The position numbers and the translations under genes were made by a program. This document shows, piece by piece, positions 56,045 to 64,000 of a DNA stretch of 64,000 bases. The stretch comes from Acidobacteriota bacterium. GTDB taxonomy: Bacteria; Acidobacteriota; Blastocatellia; RBC074. Location: assembly GCA_016196035.1 (NCBI GenBank), contig JACPYM010000015.1:64525-128524 (forward strand), given 5' to 3'. Position 1 is the stretch's first letter. Each line of letters opens with the position of its first letter. The notes under the pieces are model-generated. The model was not told where the DNA came from, made no database searches, and was given only the letters and a program-made list of their open reading frames with translations.

Positions 56045-56233
56045 TCATTGCGGGACAAGCGTTGCCACGGCTACCACAGCTTTCTCGCATTCAGGATGAC
56101 CGCAACCGCAAGCAAGTGTCGGCGCTTGCGGATCGTAAATCGCCCTGGCGCAATAATCGCTGCAATAACCTTTATCCGCCACGGCTGGGCACTGACAGTT
56201 CAGGTGCGCACAGATTTCTGTTGGTTGTGTCAT
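56045..56233 (-). CDS. small Cys/His-rich protein, metallothionein-like (putative metal binding)
   Basis: The 62-aa protein has 8 Cys and 2 His: CAHLNCQC...DKGYCSDYCA...ACGCGHPEC. This resembles bacterial metallothionein-like CxC...YCSxxCA...GCxC patterns. Confidence 0.5.
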   Translation of the reverse strand: MTQPTEICAHLNCQCPAVADKGYCSDYCARAIYDPQAPTLACGCGHPECEKAVVAVATLVPQ

Positions 56234-56278
56234 CGTCTTTCCCTTTACGTTGAGATCGCCGCAGTATTGCCAGCCAGG

Positions 56279-56554
56279 TCAACACATCAATCGCGCCAAG
56301 TCGCCGCGTAATTCCATCTCGCGGATGCGCGCATTTTTCAATAAAGCATCTTTTTGCGTGAGGGCCTGCTGCATAGTGATCAAGGCCCGCCGCAAAGCAA
56401 CGTTTTCTTCTTCGAGCAAGGTCTCCTGTTCGGCACGTGCCTGGCTCGGCTCCTTCCGTACAAATTCAAGCACGTCACCGCTCGGCGCTGCGCCTGCTTC
56501 TGCTGGCGGCATGGCGGCGGGCGTGGAATGAATCAATTGAATCGCTGTACTCAT
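56279..56554 (-). CDS. hypothetical coiled-coil protein
   Basis: A strong GGAGGTG RBS precedes the ATG. The C-terminal half is heptad-like (ETLLEEENVALRRALITMQQALTQKDALLKNARIREMEL). Confidence 0.45.
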   Translation of the reverse strand: MSTAIQLIHSTPAAMPPAEAGAAPSGDVLEFVRKEPSQARAEQETLLEEENVALRRALITMQQALTQKDALLKNARIREMELRGDLARLMC

Positions 56555-56682
56555 AATTCACCTCCCTGACCTTATCTTCGTCTCCGGATGTTTTGTCCTT
56601 CAGCGATTGCCTGGTATCTACGGGGCAGCGGCAGTTCGTCTGAGTGTGATTGCTGGTAAGTGGGAACCCAAAGACAACCGTG

Positions 56683-56925
56683 CTATGGGATGCTGTTAGC
56701 ACGGTTGTCGGCGGCGTCTTGATGGCCTCCGATACGACCGGAGAATAACGCCGCAAATTGCTGCTGCGGGGTAAGCCGCGCGGCTGTCTGATGCTCTTTC
56801 ACCCAAGCCCGCGCCGTTTTCACCGCAGTGCGAAGGCTGGCGGCTTGCACACGCTGGGCAGATTGCGCCTGTTTGGTTCGCTGGTTGCTCTGTGCTCCGA
56901 GTTTTATCAATCTGGCTTTATGCAT
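56683..56925 (-). CDS. hypothetical basic protein (80 aa)
   Basis: An AAGGAGG RBS lies 5 nt before ATG 56925. No recognised motif. Confidence 0.35.
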   Translation of the reverse strand: MHKARLIKLGAQSNQRTKQAQSAQRVQAASLRTAVKTARAWVKEHQTAARLTPQQQFAALFSGRIGGHQDAADNRANSIP

Positions 56926-57368
56926 AGTGTCCTCCTTGCTCACTGTCTTGATTCACTGTCTCAAGCGTTGCGCTTACGGCAACGCCTTCCTAATGAGCAA
57001 CCACTGTTCCACAAGTGTTTTCCGGCGTTCCGCAGCGTTTCGCGGGAAAAGTGAATACTTTTCTTGCAGCTTGGTGAATTGCCGAAGTACAGGCTTGTTT
57101 TATGAGAGTCGTGGCCCTTGCAAACAGCGGCTGGGCTTCAAAACGGCTGCAAACAGAACTGCCGCAGGACGCCTGTGAGAAGACTTCTTTGGGGGAGTTC
57201 CAGTTTGGAGTTCTATTTTGACGAAGTGCGCCATAGCTAGCCTGAACGTTGCTGGGCCTCGTTACACTTCATCAAATTGAAATTGCGCTACTGACTTGTC
57301 CGCGCAAATAGCTTGGGCGGGTCAACTCGCGTTGCCCGCCCGCTGTTTTGGTAAATTGACGTCAATCC

Positions 57369-58073
57369 TTATTGCTCAGCTTTGCTAGCAGAATAGCGTC
57401 CCAACGTACTCGGAAAAGGCAATACGGAACTAGGCGCATTGATCTTGCCAGCCAGCACTTCTTTGGCTGTGATGCCTGCGCCATACACATCCGACATATC
57501 GTCTTTGTCAGGATTGATCACCACGCCTTTGAGTTCCAGCCCGGCGAATAACCCTTTGCTACGCGAATAGGAAAGGATTTGCGCGTCGAGCTTGAGATCG
57601 GTTTCCGCACCGGCTTGACGGCCGACCGGCCCTGCCGCCACTGAAGCGTCTGCGCCCAGCGTGAACTTGTCGGAAAGCAAACTATTGATGCCGTCCCGAT
57701 TCATAAACAACAGGACAAAGTCGGTTGATTGGGCGCCGATTTGCAAGCCAACACTACCGCCGCCTAAATTGAGATAGATCGGGGCGCTCCAACCCGCTGT
57801 TGTGCGGCAACTCGCCACCCCGCGTCCGCCGCGCCCGCCGACAATAAAGCCAGCCTTGATGACATTCGGGAAGACCGCCACACAAGCAGCTTTGTCGAGC
57901 AAATCGCGCGGCACTTCTTTGTCCGGCGTGTCCATGATTTCGCGAAAGACCGTCGCGGCCTTCTTTGACTGGTTGGATTCATCTTTGAGTTGTTTCGATT
58001 GCGCTTGCGCCGTGGCGGTCAGTCCCCAAGCAAGACAGAACGCCAGCGCGCCATGCATCCAGGTAGTTTTCAT
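57369..58073 (-). CDS. SYLF (Ysc84/DUF500) lipid-binding domain protein, secreted
   Basis: AVFPNVIKAGFIVGGRGGRGV...GWSAPIYLNLGGGSVGLQIGAQSTDFVLLFMN...ILSYSRSKGLFAGLELKG. A signal peptide is present, and an AAAGGAG RBS precedes ATG 58073. Confidence 0.75.
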   Translation of the reverse strand: MKTTWMHGALAFCLAWGLTATAQAQSKQLKDESNQSKKAATVFREIMDTPDKEVPRDLLDKAACVAVFPNVIKAGFIVGGRGGRGVASCRTTAGWSAPIYLNLGGGSVGLQIGAQSTDFVLLFMNRDGINSLLSDKFTLGADASVAAGPVGRQAGAETDLKLDAQILSYSRSKGLFAGLELKGVVINPDKDDMSDVYGAGITAKEVLAGKINAPSSVLPFPSTLGRYSASKAEQ

Positions 58074-58132
58074 CTCATCTCCTTTTAAGTGAATGTTCAT
58101 TGTGTCACTACACGCCGTTCAGGGTTCGACTG

Positions 58133-58285
58133 CTAAATGGCCGCCCGCCGCCCCGTGATGATGTTGATGAGCAGTACGACCAACGCAACCACCAGCAGCA
58201 AATGAATAAAGCCGCCCAGCGTGTATGAACTGACAATCCCCAACAACCAAGCGATCAGCAAAATTACGAAAATCGTCCAAAGCAT
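58133..58285 (-). CDS. 50-aa hydrophobic membrane protein (lmo0937-like small protein), not in the supplied ORF track
   Basis: The minus-strand translation is MLWTIFVILLIAWLLGIVSSYTLGGFIHLLLVVALVVLLINIITGRRAAI. It is preceded by GGAAAGGAGAACAAA-ATG and predicts two TM helices. Confidence 0.6.
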   Translation of the reverse strand: MLWTIFVILLIAWLLGIVSSYTLGGFIHLLLVVALVVLLINIITGRRAAI

Positions 58286-58855
58286 TTTGTTCTCCTTTCC
58301 AGCGAACGTGTGGCTCCTGAGTTATTCGTTCAAGCCAAACCAAACCGCGTTGCCCGCGTCCTGCATCGCTAAAACGGCACGCGGTTTGGTAGGCAAGAAC
58401 GTCCTGTTTACTCAAAGCCACCCAAGCATGACTTACTCCTCGGCAAGGAGATGCTTCGCTCGTTTCCTGCTTTGCCTCTCCCGTTTACCTTTGATCTAAA
58501 GCCACACTTGCTTATTCAAGGCCGCCTCTTGTTGGGCAGCCAGTTGCACCCAGTGCAAAGTCCAGGCCACACGCTATCGTGCCCTTTACCCCTCTAAAGA
58601 CAGGGGCAAATCAAGGTAAACCCCAAAGCGCGTGGCGGCATGTCTTCACGCTGTACAACAACGTAAACGGTTGGCGCACTGCTAAAATGCAGACCGTAAG
58701 ATGGCAGTGCAGTGTGCGAGATGGCTTTGGCGGCGAGCGAATGGGCTTTGTTCAGACGTGTGGCCGGGGCTAAGCTGGCTCATGACACGCGCGTTCGGCG
58801 CGGGCAAAAGTTCAAGAGTTCTTCGCGCTGCACGACTTTATTGGCAGGAGACAAG

Positions 58856-61441
58856 ATGCACGCCCCGGTTGAGCACACTATTCTGTTGATTGACGATTCG
58901 GCGGAAGACCGCGCCGCTTGGCAACGCCACTTGGGTGCGGGTCAACAGTCACGCTATCACATTCGCGAGGCCGAAACGGGCCGTCAAGGGCTGGAACTTT
59001 GGCGCAGCGCCAAACCGGACTGTGTGCTGATCGCCGCGCGGCTGCCGGACCTGAGCGGGCTGGAAGTGATCGAGCAGGCGGCGCAAGAACCGCAGTTGCG
59101 TTATACGGCGGTGGTGATGTTGACGGCCTCCGATTATCCCAGCACGGCCGTGCAGGCGTTACGCAGCGGCGCTTCCGATTGCCTGGATAAAGCGCTAGTC
59201 AGTCCGGAACAACTACGGCAGGCGGTTCAGCATGCGCTTGAAAAGGCCGCGCTCCGCCGTGAATTAGAGGAAGAGCGCGAACGGTACCGGGCGTTGACCG
59301 AAGCTTCTTCGGTGGCGGTGTGGACGATTGATGAAAGCGGGCCGAAAGAAAAGGACTGGGCGATGTGGGAAAAGCTCACCGGCCAGTCGCTGGAAGAAGC
59401 GCGAGCAAGCAGTTGGTTGAGTAAGATTCATCCCAAGGATCGGAAAAAGCTGCTGACCGCCTTTGCCGCGCCTGACGCCAAAGAAGCGCCGTTCAAAGTG
59501 GAGTTCCGCATTCTGCATTGCAGCGGCCAATACCGGTATTACGTGTTGCGTTGCGTGCCGTTGAAAAATGCCGACGGCAGTTTCCGCGAATGGGTCAGTT
59601 CTCTCAGCGACATCCACGACCGCAAACAGGCCGAACAGCAATTGCTCGAAAACCAGCATTTCATTCAAAGCATCCTCAATACCGCGCCCGTGGCCATTTA
59701 TCTGCAAGACCTCCAAGCGCGCAAGCCGGTCTACCTCTCGACCCGTGTGGAAGAGATGCTCGGCTATTCCATCCAGGAACTGGAAACGATGGGGCCAGAG
59801 CGGGTCGAGCGTTTGGTGCACCGCGAAGATCAAGCAAATATCCACGATTACTTTGAGCGGCTACGGCAAGCTGACGATGAGGCGCTGCTTGAATTGCAGT
59901 ACCGGGTGCAGCACAAGCACGGTTACTGGCTGTATTTGCAACGCTGCGACAAAGTGTTTGAGCGGTTGCCGAATGGTGTCCCCAAAACGATTATCGGTGC
60001 GGTGCTCGACATTACCCGCAGCAAGCAGATTGAACAGCAACTGGAAGAATCCCTCGGGCACGCCCAGCAAGCCCGCGCCGAAGCCGAAGCCGCCAACCGC
60101 ACGAAAGATGAGTTTCTGGCCGTCGTCTCGCACGAGTTGCGTGCGCCGCTCAATGCCATGCTGGGCTGGGCCCGCCTGCTCAGCCAGCAATCCCCGCCGG
60201 AACCGAAGACGCTGACCAAAGCAATTGAAGTCATCTCCCGGAATGCCAGTGTGCAACGGCGTTTGATCGAAGACTTGCTCGATGCCTCGCGTATCGTGAC
60301 AGGCAAACTCAAGCTGGATTTGCGCACCGTTGAATTGCCCGCCGTCGCACAAGCGGCGCTTGATGTCGTGCGTGCAACAGCCGAGGCCAAAATGATTACC
60401 CTGCAAGCCGCGTTCGACCGCGAACTCAGACCGATCACCGGCGACCCGGATCGCTTACAGCAAGTCATCTGGAATCTGCTCGCCAACGCGATCAAATTTA
60501 CGCCGGAAGGCGGGCGTGTCGAATTGCGTCTCGAACAGGCCCCCGATCACGCGCGCGTGGTCGTGCGCGATAACGGCCACGGGATCGCGCCAGAGTTTCT
60601 GCCCTACGTCTTTGAGCAGTTCCGGCAAGCCGATAGTTCGAGCACGCGCCGCCATAGCGGCTTAGGTTTAGGGTTAGCGTTAGTACGGCATTTGGTCGAA
60701 GCGCATGGCGGCGGAATACAGATCGAGAGTGAAGGGGAAGGCTACGGCACAACGGTTACGGTGGAATTTCCCTTACAACTCGTGCAGATCGAAACGCGCT
60801 CGCCCATCTCTGCGCCGCTGGCGCAATTCGCAGCCCTAACGCTTGCCAACACGGCCTTCGACGAATTGCCCTCGCTCGCGGGCGCTGCTGTACTGGTGGT
60901 GGATGACGAGGAAGAGACGCGCGAAGTCATACGGTTGATTTTGGAACGCTGTGGCGCCCACGTTGTCACGGTCGCTACCTCAAACGCGGCTTTCGAGTTG
61001 CTCGCCGACGACACTGCAACGGTGCCCGATCTCTTGATCTGCGACCTCGCCTTGCCGCAAGAGGATGGATATTCGTTTATTCGCCAAGTGCGCGCGTGGG
61101 AAACGGCGCGCGGGCTGAATTCGGCGGAAGGCTTGCCCGTCATTGCGGTCATCGTCCAGGCGCGCACCGAAGAGCGGTTGCGCGCGTTGACCGCAGGTTT
61201 TCAAATGCACATCGCCAAACCTGTCGAACCGGCGGAACTGATATTGGTCGCGGCCAGTTTGCTGAAAAAAAACCGCTCACCGGCGTTGAGCCGGGACTGG
61301 CAAGCAAGGATAACTCGCTCCTTTTCCCAGGCGGCTGAGGGGGCAAGCAAGGCGGCAGAAAGCCAAGCGTCACCGACACGGATGCTCAGGCTTGCTCATC
61401 ATGGTGTTCATCATTTTCACCCAGCAGCTTGTATTTTTTGA
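58856..61441 (+). CDS. hybrid sensor histidine kinase: N-terminal REC, two PAS, HisKA, HATPase_c, C-terminal REC
   Basis: ILLIDDSAEDR...; PAS-like WTIDESG... and FIQSILNTAPVAIYL; H-box VVSHELRAPLNAM; N/G boxes LLANAIKFT and DNGHGI...GLGLGLALV; C-terminal VLVVDDEEETR...CDLALPQEDG. The probable start is ATG 58856, with an AGGAG RBS. Confidence 0.85.
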   Translation: MHAPVEHTILLIDDSAEDRAAWQRHLGAGQQSRYHIREAETGRQGLELWRSAKPDCVLIAARLPDLSGLEVIEQAAQEPQLRYTAVVMLTASDYPSTAVQALRSGASDCLDKALVSPEQLRQAVQHALEKAALRRELEEERERYRALTEASSVAVWTIDESGPKEKDWAMWEKLTGQSLEEARASSWLSKIHPKDRKKLLTAFAAPDAKEAPFKVEFRILHCSGQYRYYVLRCVPLKNADGSFREWVSSLSDIHDRKQAEQQLLENQHFIQSILNTAPVAIYLQDLQARKPVYLSTRVEEMLGYSIQELETMGPERVERLVHREDQANIHDYFERLRQADDEALLELQYRVQHKHGYWLYLQRCDKVFERLPNGVPKTIIGAVLDITRSKQIEQQLEESLGHAQQARAEAEAANRTKDEFLAVVSHELRAPLNAMLGWARLLSQQSPPEPKTLTKAIEVISRNASVQRRLIEDLLDASRIVTGKLKLDLRTVELPAVAQAALDVVRATAEAKMITLQAAFDRELRPITGDPDRLQQVIWNLLANAIKFTPEGGRVELRLEQAPDHARVVVRDNGHGIAPEFLPYVFEQFRQADSSSTRRHSGLGLGLALVRHLVEAHGGGIQIESEGEGYGTTVTVEFPLQLVQIETRSPISAPLAQFAALTLANTAFDELPSLAGAAVLVVDDEEETREVIRLILERCGAHVVTVATSNAAFELLADDTATVPDLLICDLALPQEDGYSFIRQVRAWETARGLNSAEGLPVIAVIVQARTEERLRALTAGFQMHIAKPVEPAELILVAASLLKKNRSPALSRDWQARITRSFSQAAEGASKAAESQASPTRMLRLAHHGVHHFHPAACIF

Positions 61442-62954
61442 TAATGCTGTAAAGGCGAGGGCGATAGATGCCGAGCAAATTTGCCGCCGCCTGTTTATTT
61501 CCGCGCGTGCGTTCGAGCGCGGCATTTACCAGCGGGCCTTCCAATTGTGCAAACAAATCCAGGGCTTCGCCATGGACTTCCGGCAAGGGCGCGCGGCTGA
61601 CGATGATGCGGCATAAATCAAGTAGCTCCATTTCGGCGGGCGCGGGCGCGACAGCCGTGCCCGCGCCATTGGCTGTTGCGGTTGCCGCCCGCGCCACTGC
61701 TGGCGTTGACCACCCTGGCGGCGCGGGCAACGGTGCGACTGGCAGCGTTGAGGACGCGGCGATCGTTTGATCGAAAGGCAGATTCTCGCGTTCAATTGCC
61801 TCACCTTTGCATAGCAGCACAGCGCGTTCGATCACGTTTTGCAGTTCGCGCACATTGCCCGGCCAGGTATGCCCAAAGAGCGCGGCGTAAGCCTGCTGCG
61901 AAAACCCGCACGCCGGACGGCCGTACCGTTTCGCATACATCTGCAAAAAATGCTGGGCGAGGCGTTGGATGTCCTCGGCACGTTCGCGCAGGGGTGGCAC
62001 GCGGATGAGAATTGTGTTGATGCGGTAATAAAGGTCTTCGCGCAAGCCGCCTTCGCTGACGGCTTGCAGTGGGTCGCGATTGGTGGCGGCAATCAAGCGA
62101 AAATCGGCGGCATGCGGTTTCTCACTGCCGACGCGGTAATAAACACGTTCCTGCAATACGCGCAAAAGCTTGGGCTGCAATTCCAACGGCATCTCGCCGA
62201 TCTCATCCAGGAAGAGGCTGCCGCCATTTGATTGGCCGATCAAACCGTTCTTTTCGCCGGTCGCACCAGTGAACGCGCCTTTGGTGTGGCCGAAGAGTTC
62301 CGATTCGATCAACTCTTTTGGCAAAGCGGAACAATTGACTTTCACCAGCGGCTTTTTCCGGCGCAAGCTGCGTTCGTGTACGGCGTTGGCGATCAATTCC
62401 TTGCCGGTGCCGGTTTCGCCGCTGATGAACACGTTGGCGTCGGATTCTGCGATGCTGTCAATCAGTTCATACAGGTCTTGCATCGCCTTGCTGGAACCGA
62501 CCAGATCGTAATATGCCTCGCGGTTGCCCCAGCGATCCTCGATCTGTTTGAGTTTGACCGCCCGGCGTCCGAATTCCAGCCCACGCCCGATCAAAAGCAA
62601 TAAATTTGAAAAATCCACCGGCTTATCCACAAAGTAAAAAGCCCCTTGCTCCGTGGCTTCGCGGGCTTTGGCCTCCGAACCGTGGCCGGAAATCATAATG
62701 ACCGGCAGATGCGGTACCGACTCTTTCAGCCGTTTAACCAGTTCGAGGCCATCCAATTCAGGCATCTGCAAATCGGTGAGCACCAGATCGAAAGCGTCCT
62801 CTTCCGCCAGCCGTGCGCCTTCCAGGCTGCTCGCGGTCGTGACCACTTCATAGCCTTCTGATTTCAGGTGAAACTCGGTGATTTCGAGCACCGTGGGATC
62901 GTCATCAATGACCAGAATCCTGACGTTGTTTTCCAGTTCTGTTTGTTTATTCAT
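61386..62954 (-). CDS. sigma-54-dependent response regulator (NtrC family: REC, AAA+, Fis-type HTH)
   Basis: ILVIDDDP...DLQMPELDG; Walker A GETGTGKE; GAFTGA sigma-54 contact loop; ESELFGH; C-terminal NKQAAANLLGIYRPRLYSIIKKY. Confidence 0.9.
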   Translation of the reverse strand: MNKQTELENNVRILVIDDDPTVLEITEFHLKSEGYEVVTTASSLEGARLAEEDAFDLVLTDLQMPELDGLELVKRLKESVPHLPVIMISGHGSEAKAREATEQGAFYFVDKPVDFSNLLLLIGRGLEFGRRAVKLKQIEDRWGNREAYYDLVGSSKAMQDLYELIDSIAESDANVFISGETGTGKELIANAVHERSLRRKKPLVKVNCSALPKELIESELFGHTKGAFTGATGEKNGLIGQSNGGSLFLDEIGEMPLELQPKLLRVLQERVYYRVGSEKPHAADFRLIAATNRDPLQAVSEGGLREDLYYRINTILIRVPPLRERAEDIQRLAQHFLQMYAKRYGRPACGFSQQAYAALFGHTWPGNVRELQNVIERAVLLCKGEAIERENLPFDQTIAASSTLPVAPLPAPPGWSTPAVARAATATANGAGTAVAPAPAEMELLDLCRIIVSRAPLPEVHGEALDLFAQLEGPLVNAALERTRGNKQAAANLLGIYRPRLYSIIKKYKLLGENDEHHDEQA

Positions 62955-62995
62955 GTGCTTGCCTTGCTAAAAACGCTCTCTGCTTTGTGCCTCTC

Positions 62996-64000
62996 TTATT
63001 GCAAATTCCGCCGCGCCAAATTGGCGATGACCAACGCCAACTCCGCCGCTTCCACCGGTTTTGGCACGTGCATTTGAAAACCGGCCGTCAGCGCGCGCAC
63101 GCGATCACCGCTGCGTCCAAACGCGGTCAACGCCACGGCGGGAATGCTTCCGCCGTGCGTTGCGGGCAACGCCCGTACTTGACGGATCAGCGCATAACCG
63201 TCTTCGCCTGGCATGGCGATGTCGGAAACAATGACATCCGGGCGTTCAGGCGGTTTGACTTTGCGCAGTAAATCAAGCGCCTCGGCGGCTGAGTTGACCG
63301 ACAATACGTCCGCGCCGTAATGCTCCAGGACGGCGGTGACCACCTCCCGCGCATCTGGTTCGTCGTCCACGACGAGAATCGTCAGCCCGGCCAGCAACAT
63401 CCGCTTGTCGGTCTTAATGCCTTTCAGTGCCAGCATTTCCTGGGTCGTCCCCGCAGTTTGTGCGCGCACGGCACGCACCGGCAACATGACCGTGAATGTC
63501 GCGCCCTGGCCTGTGCCTGCGCTCTCTGCCTGGACGGTGCCGCCGTGCAATTCGACCAGTTGTTTGACGAGCGCCAGCCCCAACCCCAGCCCGCTGTGGC
63601 GGCGCGTGTTCGAGCTGTCGGCTTGCCGGAAGCGCTCAAAAACATACGGCAGAAACTCCGGCACGATGCCTTTGCCGGTGTCGCGCACGGTGATTTGCAC
63701 ATGCGGGTCGGCCCGTTCCAGCTTGATCTCGACCACGCCGTTATTGGGTGTGAACTTGATCGCATTGGAAAGCAGATTCCAGAAAACTTGCTGCAAGCGA
63801 TCCGGGTCGCCCGTGATGATGTCGTCTTTGGCGCGAAGCTGCACCCGCAAGTCAATGGCTTTGGCCTCGGCTGCCGGACGCATGACATCGAGCGCGGCAT
63901 TGATGACATCGCTCAAATCCACCGGGCGGACTTCGAGCCGTAGTTTGCCGCTGACGGCTCGTGCCATATCGAGCAGGTCTTCGATCAGTTGGGTTTGCGT
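62996..64000 (-). CDS. hybrid sensor histidine kinase (HATPase_c plus C-terminal REC); the 5' part lies outside the window
   Basis: The frame stays open to the window edge (TQTQLIEDLLDMARAV...). N/G boxes LLSNAIKFT and DTGKGI...GLGLGLALV are followed by REC ILVVDDEPDAR...SDIAMPGEDG. Confidence 0.8.
   Translation of the reverse strand, partial: TQTQLIEDLLDMARAVSGKLRLEVRPVDLSDVINAALDVMRPAAEAKAIDLRVQLRAKDDIITGDPDRLQQVFWNLLSNAIKFTPNNGVVEIKLERADPHVQITVRDTGKGIVPEFLPYVFERFRQADSSNTRRHSGLGLGLALVKQLVELHGGTVQAESAGTGQGATFTVMLPVRAVRAQTAGTTQEMLALKGIKTDKRMLLAGLTILVVDDEPDAREVVTAVLEHYGADVLSVNSAAEALDLLRKVKPPERPDVIVSDIAMPGEDGYALIRQVRALPATHGGSIPAVALTAFGRSGDRVRALTAGFQMHVPKPVEAAELALVIANLARRNLQ

Overview
High-GC bacterial chromosome segment. 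Gene content suggests Acidobacteriota, though this is an inference: an ECF sigma paired with a Ser/Thr kinase, BNR/PD40/FG-GAP giant proteins, and a C-terminal domain resembling the Solibacter-type TIGR03437 module. I found no rRNA, tRNA, CRISPR array, transposase or integrase by eye. The core content is housekeeping: sppA (partial), an HU/IHF gene, a glycan-degradation cluster (GH29 fucosidase, CE7 esterase), PBP4, the rimP-nusA-infB-rbfA-nrnA operon, methylmalonyl-CoA mutase and cstA. Accessory patches are interleaved with it. (1) An RHH-like/AbrB/Doc toxin-antitoxin cassette sits between a NarL-type response regulator and its probable sensor kinase. (2) An ECF sigma plus WD40 Ser/Thr kinase lies divergent from a 1738-aa FG-GAP surface protein. 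(3) An orphan radical SAM enzyme is translationally coupled to an unrecognisable 118-aa protein behind a ~440-nt leader. (4) A HigBA module has an operator palindrome. (5) A solitary Eco57I/PglX-like N6-adenine methyltransferase has NPPI in place of NPPY. (6) A compact low-GC type II R-M cassette (C5 methyltransferase plus BsuBI/PstI-like endonuclease) is inserted into the 3' end of the mutase gene and flanked by a 76-bp direct duplication of that gene end. (7) A truncated HsdR-type N-terminal remnant follows cstA. (8) A lower-GC stress-type cluster encodes YflT-like, BON, Cys-rich metallothionein-like and SYLF proteins plus a 50-aa membrane protein missed by the ORF track. (9) A sigma-54 activator is flanked by two hybrid histidine kinases. 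A recurring non-coding feature is a set of very long, perfect palindromes (20-39 bp stems) in intergenic regions. The best candidates for something new are the radical SAM pair and the R-M insertion with long target duplication. I cannot prove novelty without database searches.
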